Assembly (NCBI GenBank): GCA_964016885.1
Contig: OZ024746.1
Location: 94,674,001-94,738,000, forward strand
Reading direction: 5' to 3'
Source of the DNA: Eledone cirrhosa
Taxonomy: Eukaryota
Length of the DNA: 64,000 nt
Below, piece by piece: positions 27,500-42,959 of the stretch. Below the pieces are notes generated by a model. It was not told the DNA's origin and searched no databases. It saw only the letters and a program-made list of their open reading frames with translations. How positions within the stretch are numbered: the stretch's first letter is position 1; every line of letters begins with the position of its first letter. Made by a program: the position numbers and the translations under genes.

Positions 27500-27790
27500 C
27501 TTTCCTCATCTCTCACTATTATAAGGAAATGGGGGCCCAGGAGCTGGACGCGTCGCAGCGGCGGCGGAGAGAATGGAGAGGGCGTTTGCCCGGATGATGG
27601 TAAGGGAGACGCGTTGGAAGAGCCATTTCAGATCACCAGGCTCACACCTGCGGTTAGCCAACTCCGGGCCGATTGTGGTCTGTAGGGAGGTGGTCGTAGA
27701 TCCAAGGACACTAGAAGTCTCCACTGCTACGGGATGCTGATAGTGGTGAGTAGGGAGGTGGTCCTAGGGCCAAGGACACCAGAAGTCTCT
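27500..27790 (-). mobile_element. CRE-like RLE fragment
   Basis: VETSSVLG...ELANRRCEPGDLKWLFQRVSLTIIRANALSIL. Confidence 0.7.
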
Positions 27791-28494
27791 GCTGGTACGT
27801 GCAATTCTATAAATAACAATGCTAAGTCACGTCAGATGTAAAACCTCGTCTGTTGCTGACTATCCCATTAACCAGTACTACTTATTTCATGTTTACAGCT
27901 GGAAGGTCTTGGATTATAATAGACAGACTCAGTACTGACAAACAGCAATAACTTATAGCAGTTCAACCTTAATACAGCCTGCTGCTTATCATGTACCTAC
28001 CTTCACAGAACCCTCCGTAGAGATAGCAGCTAAATATTCCTCTTACCAGGGTTGGATATAGACCTTCGCAGGCCCGAGGCACTTCAGGTTTTCGGGGTCC
28101 CTCATAGACAAAAAATTAGAATACACAATCCCCCCCCCCTCCCCATTTTACATATCAAAGTTAGCTTGGCGCAAGTAATTGGAATTGAAAAGTTGTATAG
28201 ACAGGTATTAAATTCAAAAATTCTAACCATCCTAAAACTAAAAAGCCCAGCTGAGGGCACAGATAAAATGCTACGGCCATCACTGGTGGGGCACCCTCAC
28301 TGCAGGGGACCCGGGGAAATTTTCCCCTTTAAACCTCACCATTAAATCTGGCCCTGCTGATCACAAGTTCGTTGCTCTCTTAGTGTAGTAAGATTGGATA
28401 AAGGTAATTTGGGATGTCTTGGATTGTTGAACCGAAGCAGCTTTGTTGAGATTTCTTTCGTTTATTAGTCTTCGCTATTGACTAGATCTGAATA

Positions 28495-29250
<756 letters not shown>

Positions 29251-29616
29251 CCTTATCCACAATCCCTTTAAAAACTAATGATACGATTCTTCATTTAGTA
29301 AAACTCCCTTCTACGAGGTATATGTCACCCTTGTGTCTTAAAAAGTCAAACAGGCCTTTTTTAAGGGTTTCTTGTGTGAGCCGGTTTTCATGAGGTTAAA
29401 CAGATGGTAAAGAAATCTCACTGCAAACAGGAAGTTGTTCTACCGTATGTAACATTTCCCAGGTGATGTTACCGGCTCCCGACAGTTTGGTGAACTGAAG
29501 CGCGAACAAATAAATGTACAGTCTCAACAAAACAGTATATATGCACACGCAAACACACGCAAACACGCAAACACACACACACACACATTATACATATATA
29601 CAGTATATATATGTGT

Positions 29617-29832
29617 GAAGGCGTGTAGCTGAGTGGTTAGAGAATTGGATTCACAATGTTGAGGTTGTGAGTTCGATTCCTGGACCGGGCGATGCGTTAT
29701 GTCCTTAAGCAAGACACTTTATTTCACGTTGCTCCTTCTACCTGGAGTTGCGACCGATAGATAGTACTAGCAACTGGAAAGACCAAGGGAAGCATTGTTT
29801 CCTCGGTCCGATTTGACGAAAGTCGATCGATC
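29617..29832 (+). mobile_element. SINE family B
   Basis: A-box TAGCTGAGTGG, B-box GAGTTCGATTC, CORE-like block. Confidence 0.85.
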
Positions 29833-30256
29833 CTTTTATATGTGTGTGGGGGGGGGGGGGGGGGGGGGGGGAGTCAGGACCCCAATGGCTGAGCTCCGGC
29901 CGTTTCGACAGCTAGATCTGAACTAACGCAGTAGTGCCAGGACGGCAAAGTCTAGCTGAACTTTTCAAGGGGTAATTCATATATGGGCATGCAATGAGAT
30001 GGGAGTAATATTATCATATCAAACAATTCTAAAAGTTATATATATATATATATAACGAAGGAAATGTGGTAAGGAACCAGATGGACAATAACGCACCAGA
30101 GTACTCAATACTTAGGGTAGTAGAGTGGGAAATAGGCTTGAGCTCTGCCGTCGGGGTCATACTTTTTCCTATATATATATATATATATATATATCTATAT
30201 ATATATATATAGTGACGAAACATAAGTCAATTGCATGAACTCATAATCCTTTATTT

Positions 30257-30312
30257 ATTGCTATATATATTTCGATGATAGCCATTGAATGGCTATGACC
30301 TCATCAGGCAAT
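30257..30312 (-). ncRNA. Minimal type I hammerhead ribozyme (sister of 11762)
   Basis: Reverse complement attgc-CTGATGA-ggtcatagccattcaatggctatcatc-GAAAT-atat-ATA-gcaat. Confidence 0.8.
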
Positions 30313-30388
30313 TAGTCAGTTCTTAGGTATGCCAGCTCTGTGTTTATAGTGTTGATGGTATCAGAGCCTTGGGACATAAACTTATCTA

Positions 30389-30468
<80 letters not shown>

Positions 30469-30552
30469 TAAGTTTATCCCGGTTCAATCGAGGGTAACCA
30501 CAGTAAGTAAGGTACTCAATACATAGCAGAGTATAAATATTTAATATAGAAA

Positions 30553-30605
30553 TGGCTTCTACAGGACTAGAACTGTTTCATTCGGGAGAAATCATCAGGA
30601 AGCCA
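30553..30605 (-). ncRNA. Type I hammerhead ribozyme (CTAG-loop family) within inverted-tail module 30470-31025
   Basis: Reverse complement tggcttc-CTGATGA-tttctcccgaat-GAAACag-ttctagtc-ctGTA-gaagcca. Confidence 0.8.
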
Positions 30606-31177
30606 ACTGTCAATGTAATATGGTGGTATTTATACATTTTCTGGTGGTAGGCGAGGGTGGTGATTGGGTTGGGTGGAGGTCATTGGCTGGTGGATTTAAA
30701 GAAAATGGGATTCTTTAAAGACTATATTTAGAGTAACAAAGACAGAAAAACTTGAAGCTAAATGTCTGTAGACGGGTTCACCCTGGGTGGAGGGTGGGTG
30801 GCACTCCTGATTTTTAAGTTCCGTTTAATCTAACAATGGCAATACATTGGTAGAGTATAAATATTTAATATAGAAATGGCTTCTACAGAACTAGAACTGT
30901 TTCATTCGAAGTAAATCATCAGTTCTAGTCCTGTAGGAGCCATTTCTATATTAAATATATATACTCTGCTATGTATTGAGTACCTTACTTACTGTGGTTA
31001 CCGCTGATTGAACCCGGGATAAACATATATATATACTCAATATTATTAAGGCTAATACGAGGTCGATAAAATAAAGTACCAGTAATCTGGTCGGTCTAGA
31101 GCTCGCTAATCGCTTGGTGTTGCATCAATCGATCTTCAATACTTTGTTTACAACCAGTCAATACATCAGAGTACGTG

Positions 31178-31233
<56 letters not shown>

Positions 31234-31416
31234 AGTATGTATATGTATATATACACACACACGCACGCACACACACATATATGCGCGCGCACACGCGCAT
31301 ATATATCAGTTCCTCAGAGGAATAACCACACAACCAGGAGCTGGACATATCGATGGATTGACGGAGTAAAACACACTTCAACAACATGTGTGCCTGTCTT
31401 TTCCACACCAATTCGG

Positions 31417-31471
31417 ACTGCCTGAAGAGGTCACAGCCAATGATGGCTGTCACCGAAATATATATAGCAGT
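31417..31471 (+). ncRNA. Minimal type I hammerhead ribozyme
   Basis: actgc-CTGAAGA-ggt-cacagcca-atga-tggctgtc-acc-GAAAT-atat-ATA-gcagt. Confidence 0.8.
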
Positions 31472-32003
31472 ATATCTATCATTTATAATAAACGAAGTCA
31501 AATTTTACATATTTGACTTAATTATTTTATATATATATATATATCTAGGGCGGGTAAAATTCCCGAGATCCATGGACGAGATCTCACCAGCGGTCTCTGT
31601 CCCTCATTATCGCTGCCATGTCCTGCGTCTCCAACAGACCAGTGTCTGTCCTTAGGGCATCAACATACGTTAACCTTGGTCTTCCTCTTCCAGTGTGTCC
31701 ATGTATATATATATGGGTGCAGTGAAGGCGCGTAGCTTAGTGGTTAGGGCGTCCGATTCACAATCGTGAGGTTATGAGTTCGATACCCTGACCGAGAAAT
31801 CCGTTGTGTTGTTGAGCAAGACACTTCATTTTCACGTTCCTTCAGTTCACTCGGCTATAGAAATAAGGTGTGGTGTCACTAGTGACAGGCTGTATCGGCC
31901 TTAACCTTTCCCTTCGAATAACATCGGGGGCGTGGAGAAGGAAGATTGTTATACAGGGGCGACTGCTTGTCTTCCACAAAAACAACTCCCCCCCACACAC
32001 ACA

Positions 32004-32035
<32 letters not shown>

Positions 32036-32829
32036 TGTATTCACACAGAATAAAATGTAAGAATAATATGTAAGGAATATAACTGTTATAAACAAAGAAT
32101 CGGCATAGTATCTACTAAAAACAAAACAATAAAAATAACGTACCAGTGATGCACTGGGGTAATTGCTGGCCTAGTGCCAAAAATAGAAACAACTATTAGA
32201 GGGACCAAAAAGGAAGAAGGAAATGAAAAAAAGGAAAAGAAAAAAAGGATCAAGCAACGAAAGAAAGGGCGTGGGGCACAGGCGCTGAACCCTAGACGCC
32301 GCGCGGATAAAATGCCAAAGGTGTTAACAGGGAGAATGGCCAGAGACACTTGCTGCAACAACCACCCCCAACCCCACAGGGCTCCCTCCTCAAGCGGGCC
32401 GCCGTCTTTACGGAGGAAATGAGCAGTGTGGGGACCAAAGACGCCAGAGACCCGCTCTAAGATGAAACGGTCGGTGAGACCCCGGTATTTGGTTATCTTC
32501 CTCTGGCCCGCATTTTGGATCTATTATGGCCTTCTGTTTTTAACACATTAGTGTGTGATTTGATGGGGATTCGGCTGCCATTTCTAGCATGTCAAGTAAC
32601 CATGTATAGACTACCTCCCCGGGCGTGTGAAATTTGGCTGTCATGTTGCATGACGTGCGACTACAATCCTCCTTTCTTTCTTTGCTACCTTCCTACATTG
32701 CATCCTCTACCCTTCCCCTCATCTTCATCATTCCTCCCTATACCCCCCCCCCCCCCCCACACTCACTATTTCATCTTCTTTTCACGTCGCACCCTTGTCG
32801 CACGTTACCCCTTCCTTACCTACTCGGTA

Positions 32830-34016
32830 CAACACCAACACCTTCACCTTCACCACTACAGTCACCACCACCACCACCAACAACAACAACAGCAACAACA
32901 CCACCGCCACCACCACTAACAACACCACCACCAACACCACCACCATCATCACCACCAACACCAACACCACCACCAACACCACCACCATCACCACCACCAA
33001 CACCATCGCCGCCACCACCAACAATACCACCACCGCCATCGCCACCACCACCAACATCACCACCAACAACACCACCACCACCAACACCACCAACAACAAC
33101 ACCACCACCACCACCACCACCACCAACACCACCACCACCACCACCAACGCCACCGCCACCAACACCACCACCAACACCACCACCACCACCATCACCACTA
33201 CCACCACCACCAACACCACCACCACCACCGCCACCACCACCACCACCACCACCACCACCACCATCACCACCACCACCACCACCACCACCACCACCACCAC
33301 CAACACCACCACCACCACCACCACCACCACCAACACCATCACCACCACCACCACCACCACCACCACCACCACCACCAACACCACCACCACCACCACCACC
33401 ACCACCAACACCACCACCACCACCACCACCACCACCATCACCACCACCACCACCACCACCACCACCACCACCACCAACACCACCACCACCACCACCACCA
33501 CCACCAACACCATCACCACCACCACCACCACCACCACCGCCACCACCACCACCACCACCACCACCACCACCACCGCCACCACCACCACCACCATCACCAC
33601 CACCACCACCACCACCACCACCACCACCACCACCACCACCACCACCAACACCATCACCACCACCGCCACCGCCACCACCACCACCACCACCACCACCACC
33701 ACCACCACCACCACCACCACCGCCACCACCACCACCACCATCACCACCACCACCACCACCACCACCACCACCACCACCACCACCACCACCAACACCATCA
33801 CCACCACCGCCACCACCACCACCACCACCACCACCACCACCACCACCACCACCACCACCGCCACCACCACCACCACCATCACCACCACCACCACCACCAC
33901 CACCACCACCACCACCACCACCACCACCACCAACACCATCACCACCACCGCCACCGCCACCACCACCACCACCACCACCACCACCACCACCACCACCACC
34001 ACCACCACCGCCACCA
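32830..34016. repeat. (CCA)n microsatellite with higher-order variants
   Basis: Direct inspection; source of poly-P/T/G/V ORFs. Confidence 0.95.
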
Positions 34017-34197
34017 TTACATTGCGGTGCAGGAACAACAGGTCTAACCACAATGTGACTTGATATGAGACACACTTCGTTAAACCCCACCCACATCAGG
34101 TCGCACTTCAAGGTAGCAACCCCCCCCCCCCCCACCCACACACACTCTCACTCCCTTTCTCTCTCTCTTACTCTCTTTCTCTTATTCGCTTTCTCTC

Positions 34198-34265
<68 letters not shown>

Positions 34266-34360
34266 AACTTAATTGTTTATATATATATATATATGAATAC
34301 GTACATGAATGTATATATATATATATATATACATTCATGTACGTATTCATATACGTATTC

Positions 34361-34392
<32 letters not shown>

Positions 34393-34432
34393 ATATTAAA
34401 TAAATGGAAACTTATTTATAAAACCATATTTA

Positions 34433-34571
34433 TTCTATTATATATATTTCAAGGGTACCAAAACTTTAGTACGCTTTCATCAGATAAAATACGAAGTGTG
34501 TTTTATAAATGTTGACATAAGCAAGGATGATATACCTTAACGGTTCAAGTTATCTCTGGATAGTTATCCCT

Positions 34572-34635
<64 letters not shown>

Positions 34636-34694
34636 TATCCAGAGCTTCCTGAAGATTTCATCTGAATGAAACAGTACTAGTCCTGTAGAAGCTC
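34433..34694. ncRNA. Divergent HHR pair (34433-34489 minus; 34642-34694 plus) around (TA)n
   Basis: Near-identical reverse complement of 14559-14790. Confidence 0.75.
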
Positions 34695-34853
34695 CTTCTA
34701 TAAAATAAAAAAAATGTTACTCTGCAATGTATTGAGTACCTTACTTACTGTGGTTATCCCCGACTAAACCCGGGACCTTCGTATATATATAGATATATAT
34801 ATATATGAATACGTATATGAATTTGTATATATATATATACATTCATATACGTA

Positions 34854-34898
<45 letters not shown>

Positions 34899-34979
34899 GT
34901 TATTCCGGGTTGAATCGGAGGTAACCACAGTAAGTAAGGTACTCAATACATAGCAGAGTATAACAGTTTTAATATAGAT

Positions 34980-35028
34980 GATTCCTGATGATTTCTAATG
35001 AATGAAACAGTTCTAGTCCTGTAGAATC
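34980..35028 (+). ncRNA. Type I hammerhead ribozyme (CTAG-loop family)
   Basis: gattc-CTGATGA-tttctaatgaat-GAAACag-ttctagtc-ctGTA-gaatc. Confidence 0.7.
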
Positions 35029-35041
35029 TCATCTATATTAA

Positions 35042-35117
<76 letters not shown>

Positions 35118-35282
35118 GTGTTAAACAATACTCAATGAGTATGACAAAGAATGAGTTTTACAGTAGATTGGAAGCACTTTACGAGAAAATAATTTTCCGG
35201 AGTTATTAATATTAAAATATAAATATTAATACTGGCTTGATTAAATCTTAACCATTTAACATCTCAGGGTATGTCATGTATC

Positions 35283-35345
35283 ATTATATTTTGTCTGATG
35301 AGGACGTACTGTTGTACATCCGAAATACGTATAATAAAATATAAT
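35283..35345 (+). ncRNA. Minimal type I hammerhead ribozyme
   Basis: 12-bp stem I, CTGATGA-gga-cgtactgttgtaca-tcc-GAAAT-acgt-ATA; a further antisense copy at ~35445-35505. Confidence 0.8.
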
Positions 35346-35853
35346 TGATCAAAAGAACATCTATTTTATTAATATTTATATTTTAATATATATATATGTA
35401 TAATATATTAATAAATGGAAACTATATTTATAAAACCATATTTATTTCATTATACATATTTCAAGGACACCAAAGCAAATTAAGGTGCGCTTTCATCAGA
35501 TAAAATATAATATAGATCAGTTTTATTAATATATTGTATTTTTACTCCAAAAAATTGTTGAGTGCTTTATATCAGTTATAAAAATATTTGCTGTTGTATC
35601 CCAACAAATTAAATATACACATATATATATATATATACATGTGTTTATATGTTCTGACTCGGGTGTGTATTTTTCTATTACCAACCTCCTGTCTACGTCA
35701 GACACTGATCAACAAGTCATTCTGTCGGTCACGGTTCAAGCGCCAATACACCCCCGCTACCCACCCGAACACCCGATAGCCCGTACAACGACCAGCAGAT
35801 GGTTATCTGATGGTTATTTGATATATATATATATATATATACGTACATTCATA

Positions 35854-35914
<61 letters not shown>

Positions 35915-35942
35915 GTATATACGTATATACATATATACATAT

Positions 35943-36020
<78 letters not shown>

Positions 36021-36028
36021 GTATATAC

Positions 36029-36083
<55 letters not shown>

Positions 36084-36087
36084 TACG

Positions 36088-36150
<63 letters not shown>

Positions 36151-36170
36151 GTATATACGTATATACATAT

Positions 36171-36228
<58 letters not shown>

Positions 36229-36236
36229 GTATATAC

Positions 36237-36304
<68 letters not shown>

Positions 36305-36330
36305 GTATATACATATATATATATATATAC

Positions 36331-36386
<56 letters not shown>

Positions 36387-36394
36387 GTATATAC

Positions 36395-36486
<92 letters not shown>

Positions 36487-36494
36487 GTACATTC

Positions 36495-36533
<39 letters not shown>

Positions 36534-36536
36534 CGT

Positions 36537-36750
36537 GAAGGCGTGTGGCTGAGTGGTTAGAGAATTGGATTCACAATCTTGAGATTGTGAGTTCGATTCC
36601 TGGACCGGGCGATGCGTTATGTCCTTGAGCAAGACACTTTATTTCACTTTACTCCTTCTACCTGGAGTTGCCACCGATAGATAGTATTAGCAACTGGAAA
36701 GACCGACGAAACCATTGTTTCCTCGGTCCGATTTGACGAAAGTCGATCGA
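36537..36750 (+). mobile_element. SINE family B following a long (TA)n array (35820-36535)
   Basis: Near-identical to 29617-29832. Confidence 0.85.
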
Positions 36751-36872
36751 TTCAGATATATACGTACATACATATATATACATTACATTCATATATATAC
36801 ACACTCACACACATATATATATATATATATATACATACATATATATACATTACATTCATATATATACACACT

Positions 36873-36926
<54 letters not shown>

Positions 36927-36961
36927 CATATATATACATTACATTCATATATATACACACT

Positions 36962-37009
<48 letters not shown>

Positions 37010-37048
37010 CATACATATATATACATTACATTCATATATATACACACT

Positions 37049-37122
<74 letters not shown>

Positions 37123-37188
37123 AAAGAATAGAGGTGTAACACACAAGTTATTATATATTGGTAAACGTTTACCAATATATATATAAGT

Positions 37189-37251
<63 letters not shown>

Positions 37252-37789
37252 TGTTGTTTTCCTACTTGATCACACGAACTATAACTCACACACCCTCTTT
37301 TGTGTTTTAACGTCTCAAATACACACACACGCAAACACACACAAGCGCGTACACGCATTCATACATATGCATGTAAAAACACTAAAGACATACGCACACA
37401 ACGACACACGCATACACACACACATACATACACACAATAACGATTCAGTCATAGAAAATGGCGCATAAACCCACACGCTTATCTAATGACTAATGACATA
37501 TGTAATCACTCAAACAGGCATACACACATCATCACCCCCCCCCCCCCCCCTCGGCTCGGACACACCCAGAAAATATAAATTTGCACACACACCCACACAT
37601 GAAACGCGCCCGCTCACACACAAATACCTGAACCGACGGGGTCGAAGTATGAACGGGATCTCGGTATGGCCGCTCGAGATGTAACCGTGCTCTATGTATA
37701 TACGGGGTCTGGGTATGAACGAGGTTTTGGTATGGCCGCTCTAGATGTAAACATCCACCACCACCACCACACTCCACACACACACAGCC

Positions 37790-38260
37790 CCGGCGGACAG
37801 AATGGAGGAGGCGTTTCCCCGGAGGATGGTAAGGGGGACGCGCTAGAAAAGCCACTCCAACTCGCGGGGCTCACACATGCGGCTCACCAGCTCAGCGTCC
37901 ATGGTGGTGAGTAGGGAGGTAGCCCTAGGGCCGAAGACACCAGAAGTCTCCACTGCCAAGGGTACAACCGCAAACCTGTCGGAGAGCGACCGGTGTTTGA
38001 GGAGTTTGGCCTACTCAGCCCGACGTGCAGCAGAACCTGGGTTAGTCGCAGATTGCACCAGGTTGAGGCTGCTGAAAGTGTCGGTGCAAGTGGCATCCCA
38101 GATGAGGGGTTTGCCACTGCGGAACGGGAAGATGGTCATGCCTCTGGCCTTTTTCCGTCCCCTCGGTCCAGCCCCACCGGCTCGAGCTGGGAAGAGAAGC
38201 TTGAAGTGTCCAAGCCATGCTTTATGACCTCGTTGAGGGCAGCATGGTGTGGACCACATT
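37790..38260 (-). mobile_element. CRE-like LINE 3' fragment (RLE domain), longest copy
   Basis: [26 protein letters not shown] / [30 protein letters not shown] ..PLAVETSGVFG. Confidence 0.8.
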
Positions 38261-38377
38261 CTATGTTTGACCAATATCTTGTAGTATATATTCTACCACA
38301 GTTTGTGTTGTTAACGTAGGAAATGTGTTTGTTTTTAAATCCGGACATTTATAGTATTTATTTATATATACAGTCGC

Positions 38378-38585
38378 TCGACTTTCGTCAAATCGGACCA
38401 AGGAAACAATGTTTCCATTAGACTTTTGAATTGCTAATACTCTCTATCGGTCGCAACTCGAGGTAGAAGGAGCAACGTGAAATAATGTTTGCCCAACGAC
38501 ATAACGCATCGCCCGGTCCGAGAATCGAACTCACAACCTCACGATAGCGAATCCAATTCTCTAACCACTCAGCCACACACCTTCA
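38378..38585 (-). mobile_element. SINE family B
   Basis: Reverse complement of family B head and tail. Confidence 0.8.
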
Positions 38586-38588
38586 CTG

Positions 38589-38693
<105 letters not shown>

Positions 38694-38699
38694 GTGTGT

Positions 38700-39140
38700 A
38701 TTGGTTTAGTGGTAGCTGACTGGGAGACAGAAACTTTTGAAAGAGAGACTTGGCGTGGAATTGTAAATAATGGGGTCCATAATTTTGAGGACAGACGCAT
38801 AGAGCACGAGAAGGTCAAACGAGATGTACGTAGGCAATGCCCTGGTGTATCTCTCGAAACGATCGGTGTCTCCATTGAATTGAAGTGCCCTGAGTGTGGA
38901 AAGATTTGTTTGGGAAAATCTGGTCTCAGAAACCACAGTCGCAGCCATGTTCAAAGAGAACCAGTGAACTATGATCTCCACAGTGTTGTAAAGATTCACA
39001 GGCAACCTGGTGCAAGACCTGAGGCCAGGGAGATCCATAGTTGTCGTCAATGTGCGAAGGAGTGCAAGTTTCTAGCAGGCTTGAAAAGCCATATCCAAGC
39101 GTCACACATGTGAATCTGACAAACGATTGCAATATTCTTA
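38700..39140 (+). mobile_element. RTE-clade LINE 3' end with two C2H2 zinc fingers
   Basis: WETETFERETWRGIVNNGVHNFEDRR...CPECGKICLGKSGLRNHSRSH...CRQCAKECKFLAGLKSHIQASH. Confidence 0.75.
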
Positions 39141-39157
39141 CCAGAGTTTGCAGCCAT

Positions 39158-39215
<58 letters not shown>

Positions 39216-39538
39216 TAACAGATTAAAGTTTAAGCAACGAATCACTGCTTTCACCCTTAACGGAATCTTCTGAAACTAAAAAAGTGAACGCAGAAGTAAA
39301 TATTTCTAAAAACGTTGCAACCGAAGGAAAACAGGAAGACGATACTTTGGTTCGTGGAAACAATCCCTGGCAAAGAACGGACAAAGGCGAAGATAATACG
39401 TCATTATTTGGATCGTTGAGATAAATTACACGCAATCTGTTATTTTAATAAATATTTGCTCTAGGGTTCTTATATATCTGATATATATTTATCCTTATCG
39501 AACCCTCTTTGGATTTTAGTCTTCACAATTATTATTAT

Positions 39539-39637
<99 letters not shown>

Positions 39638-40611
39638 GATGGACTCAGTTTGAAACTAGTAGACCATTACTCGATAGTTGGGGTAGTAGAGTATTGTTAT
39701 ATCATAAAGAGTCAGGACCCGACAGCTGAGCTCTTGCCTTTTCAATAGCTATTTCCAGGCAAGCTGTTAAACGGCAAGAACTCAGCCGTCGGATCTCGAC
39801 TTAGGGTGCGGCAGAAAATATCCCATATTTTATAAGGTCAACACTTAAAATGTGGGACGTATTTTTGCTGCACCCTGTATAACTTATAAATAAAACATAT
39901 TGATCTTTAAATTCCAGTTTGATTAGAAATAACCACCAAGTATTACAGTGTGTCAGTGTTAAATGTTTGAATGAGACCGTATCTCTTGGTGGAGCCGAAG
40001 AGGCGCCGCATCTCCTGGGAATTTAAAACCTAACGGAACCCATCCCTTCTCCAGGTCTAAACACAGCCAATTGTTTCCAAAGAAAGGGACAAAGTGAAAG
40101 AGAGGAAGTGAGAAAGATAAAGAATCGACGCCATTGCTGGGCTGATACATTTTCTTTTAATTTTTTTAATTTTTACTAATCTCAAAAAGGGGAAAGGCAA
40201 AGTTGACCTCGGCAGGATTTGAACTCAATGAATAGAGAATACCGCAATGTATTCTATCTGTCGTTCTAAGATCTGTTAAGTAAACACACTAACAGATGTA
40301 CTCTACAGATATATATCTAGAAAGAGGGTACGAAACCGTGTTGAAGGTTTCGATTACCAGCTGCAACTACAGCCATATAATTCTCTGAAACTCCAAACCT
40401 TATTAGAAAGACGTGGATGTTACACATCCTATGTAAACGTGAACTCTCGCCAACTCCAGTGCCGCCGTAGTCAAAAATCAATATAATATATACAAAAAAA
40501 TATTTATTTGCTTTCCACCACTTATTTTCCCGCATTCTCTCTCTCTCTCTCTCCCTACCCTCTCTCTGTCCCCCTTCTCTCTCTCCATATATATATGACA
40601 TATATATATGT

Positions 40612-40651
<40 letters not shown>

Positions 40652-40778
40652 TTATAAAGATGGATAGTAGATAGATATACACACTTTCATCTGCCTATCT
40701 CTATCTATCTCGAATTCTCCACCTTATACACTCCGCCCCCCGCCCCTCTCTCTCTAACACACACACACATATATATAG

Positions 40779-40833
<55 letters not shown>

Positions 40834-41689
40834 GCCCTCTCTCACTCTTTTTCGTTATCTCTACTTATCTCCCCTACTCTATATTCATCTCAAGGGCCCT
40901 AAATCCAAGCAATTTCCCTCCGTGTCTTTTTAATTTCCGGCAACACCCCTCCCACTTCCCTTAAGACATATTACTATCCCCTTCACCCCCGCCCCTCCCG
41001 CCATTTTTTCTGCACTTGTATCACTTAATAATATTCAAATTCCGCCATTATACCGAATAAATTTTTGCTAAGCACGCAAGTAGTCCCTTCTCTAGTATAT
41101 GTCTCTTCCTTCCTCTCATTTCCATCTTTTCACCTCACGGTCCTCTCTCTCTCCTCATTTCTATATGAGTGTGCGAGTATGTGTGTGTGTCTGTGTTTCT
41201 GTATGTATGTGTGTTTCTGTGTGTATGTGTGTGTATATGTGTGTTTCTGTGTGTGTGTGTGTCTGTATTTCTGTATGTGTGTGTGTTTCTGTGTGTGTGT
41301 CTATTTCTGAGTGCGTGTGTGTGCGTGTGTTTCTGTGTGTGTGTGAGTATGGTTGTGTGTATGTGTGTGTTTCTGTATGCGTGTGTATGCAAGTATGTGT
41401 ATGTGAGTGTGCGACTGTATGTATATATGTGTGTGTGCGAGTGTGTGAATGCGTATGCGTGTGTATGCGAATATGAGCATGTGTGTGTGTGTGTGTGCGA
41501 GCGTGTGAATGTGTATGTGTGTGAATTAGAAGTCCCCACTTAAAATAAGTACTCCATACATATTATGTTGTTTAATCTGTACAGAAGATATTTATTATTT
41601 TCATTCCACTGCAATCACAAGACCATCACGATCTGATGTCTCTAGCTCAGACATTAGATTGCACTCAATGTTTTCACTGGGTTATAAGC

Positions 41690-41791
<102 letters not shown>

Positions 41792-41911
41792 GGAGGTGAG
41801 TTTTATTGTAGTACAATAAAGCAATGCAGATATCGGATAAGAAGCACTCTACAGTTTGTTTGAAATACGCATAATAAAATACATGGAACACTTTTAACCA
41901 TCTTTTGATCT

Positions 41912-41986
<75 letters not shown>

Positions 41987-41990
<4 letters not shown>

Positions 41991-42177
41991 AACAAGTATA
42001 ACCCCGACGGCAGAGCTGAAGCCGTTTCGACGGCTAATCTGGTCCAGAATTAGCCGTCGAAACGGCTTGAGCTCTGCCGTCGGGGTCATACTTGTTCCTA
42101 CTACCCACTCTACTACCTTAAGTATTGAGTACTTTGGTGCGTTATGGTCCATCTAGTTCCTTACCACATTTCCTTCG

Positions 42178-42180
<3 letters not shown>
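41987..42180 (+). mobile_element. Hairpin mini-element centred on HHR stem II, with 3' tail
   Basis: 114-bp near-perfect palindrome 41987-42100; GAAACggc-ttgagctct-gccGTC; tail 42101-42180; relatives near 10120, 19180, 26005, 29872, 30055, 39705, 43480. Confidence 0.75.
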
Positions 42181-42250
<70 letters not shown>

Positions 42251-42916
42251 GGGGTATTATTCTCCATGGAGTGCTAAGGCTACATTCCGAATCTGCATTC
42301 GTTAGCTTAGCCGTAGCCTAAAGCTTCGTTAATGCTGAACTGAAATTTGTATTTTAACTCCTAGAATTAACGATTAACTGATTCATTTAATTAGACAATT
42401 CTATTGATTGATTAATTGTTTATGTTTGTTTGATAACTTCTGGTTGAGTGCTTAAGGGAATTTCATTCTTTTGTCTCAAATTTCGAATTCACCGCCTAAA
42501 ATTTACTGCTAGAAAACATGCCCGCTGAGGCTATAGAACGCAAGACTTGTTGACGAAGTAAATCCTTTGTTCTGTCGTCAAAGGCCATTAACTTGCAGAC
42601 CCCTGCAAGCGGAATTAGTCGATCTCAGATTTACAGAAACCTAGCGTGGATGTTGTATATCGTATGCTATACGATATGCGTTATGTGTTGCATTCGATCT
42701 CCGCGTGATGGTCCAGCTCAATCAAAATCTTTCTTTTTCGTTGCTATGGCAATGCGGCTGTACTGCCGGTCGCTATATTTGATTTGAAAAGCTGTCTAAA
42801 CGTATTGTTATAACTCTGGGGTATTATTCTCCATCGAGTGCTAAAGCTACATTCCGAATCTGCATTCGTTAGCTTAGCCGCAGCCTAAAGCTTCGTTAAT
42901 GCTGTACTAAAATTTG

Positions 42917-42920
<4 letters not shown>
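42251..42920. mobile_element. Unclassified unit bounded by ~100-bp direct repeats
   Basis: GGGGTATTATTCTCCAT..AAATTTGTAT at 42251-42351 and 42818-42920; TA tracts on both sides. Confidence 0.6.

Positions 42921-42959
<39 letters not shown>

Noticed and set aside
28047-28355. Possible second hAT MITE (CAGGG...CCCTG ends)
   Set aside because: TIRs match poorly and no 8-bp TSD
29617-29690. tRNA genes at SINE heads
   Set aside because: No closed acceptor stem; they continue into SINE body
32634-34141. Long poly-Pro/Thr/Gly/Val ORFs (extensin, mucin or formin-like)
   Set aside because: Open in several frames on both strands because (CCA)n has no stops; no splice or domain context
34980-35028. 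gattc/gaatc as stem I covariation
   Set aside because: The 5' strand may derive from the fold-back arm, so it is not independent evidence
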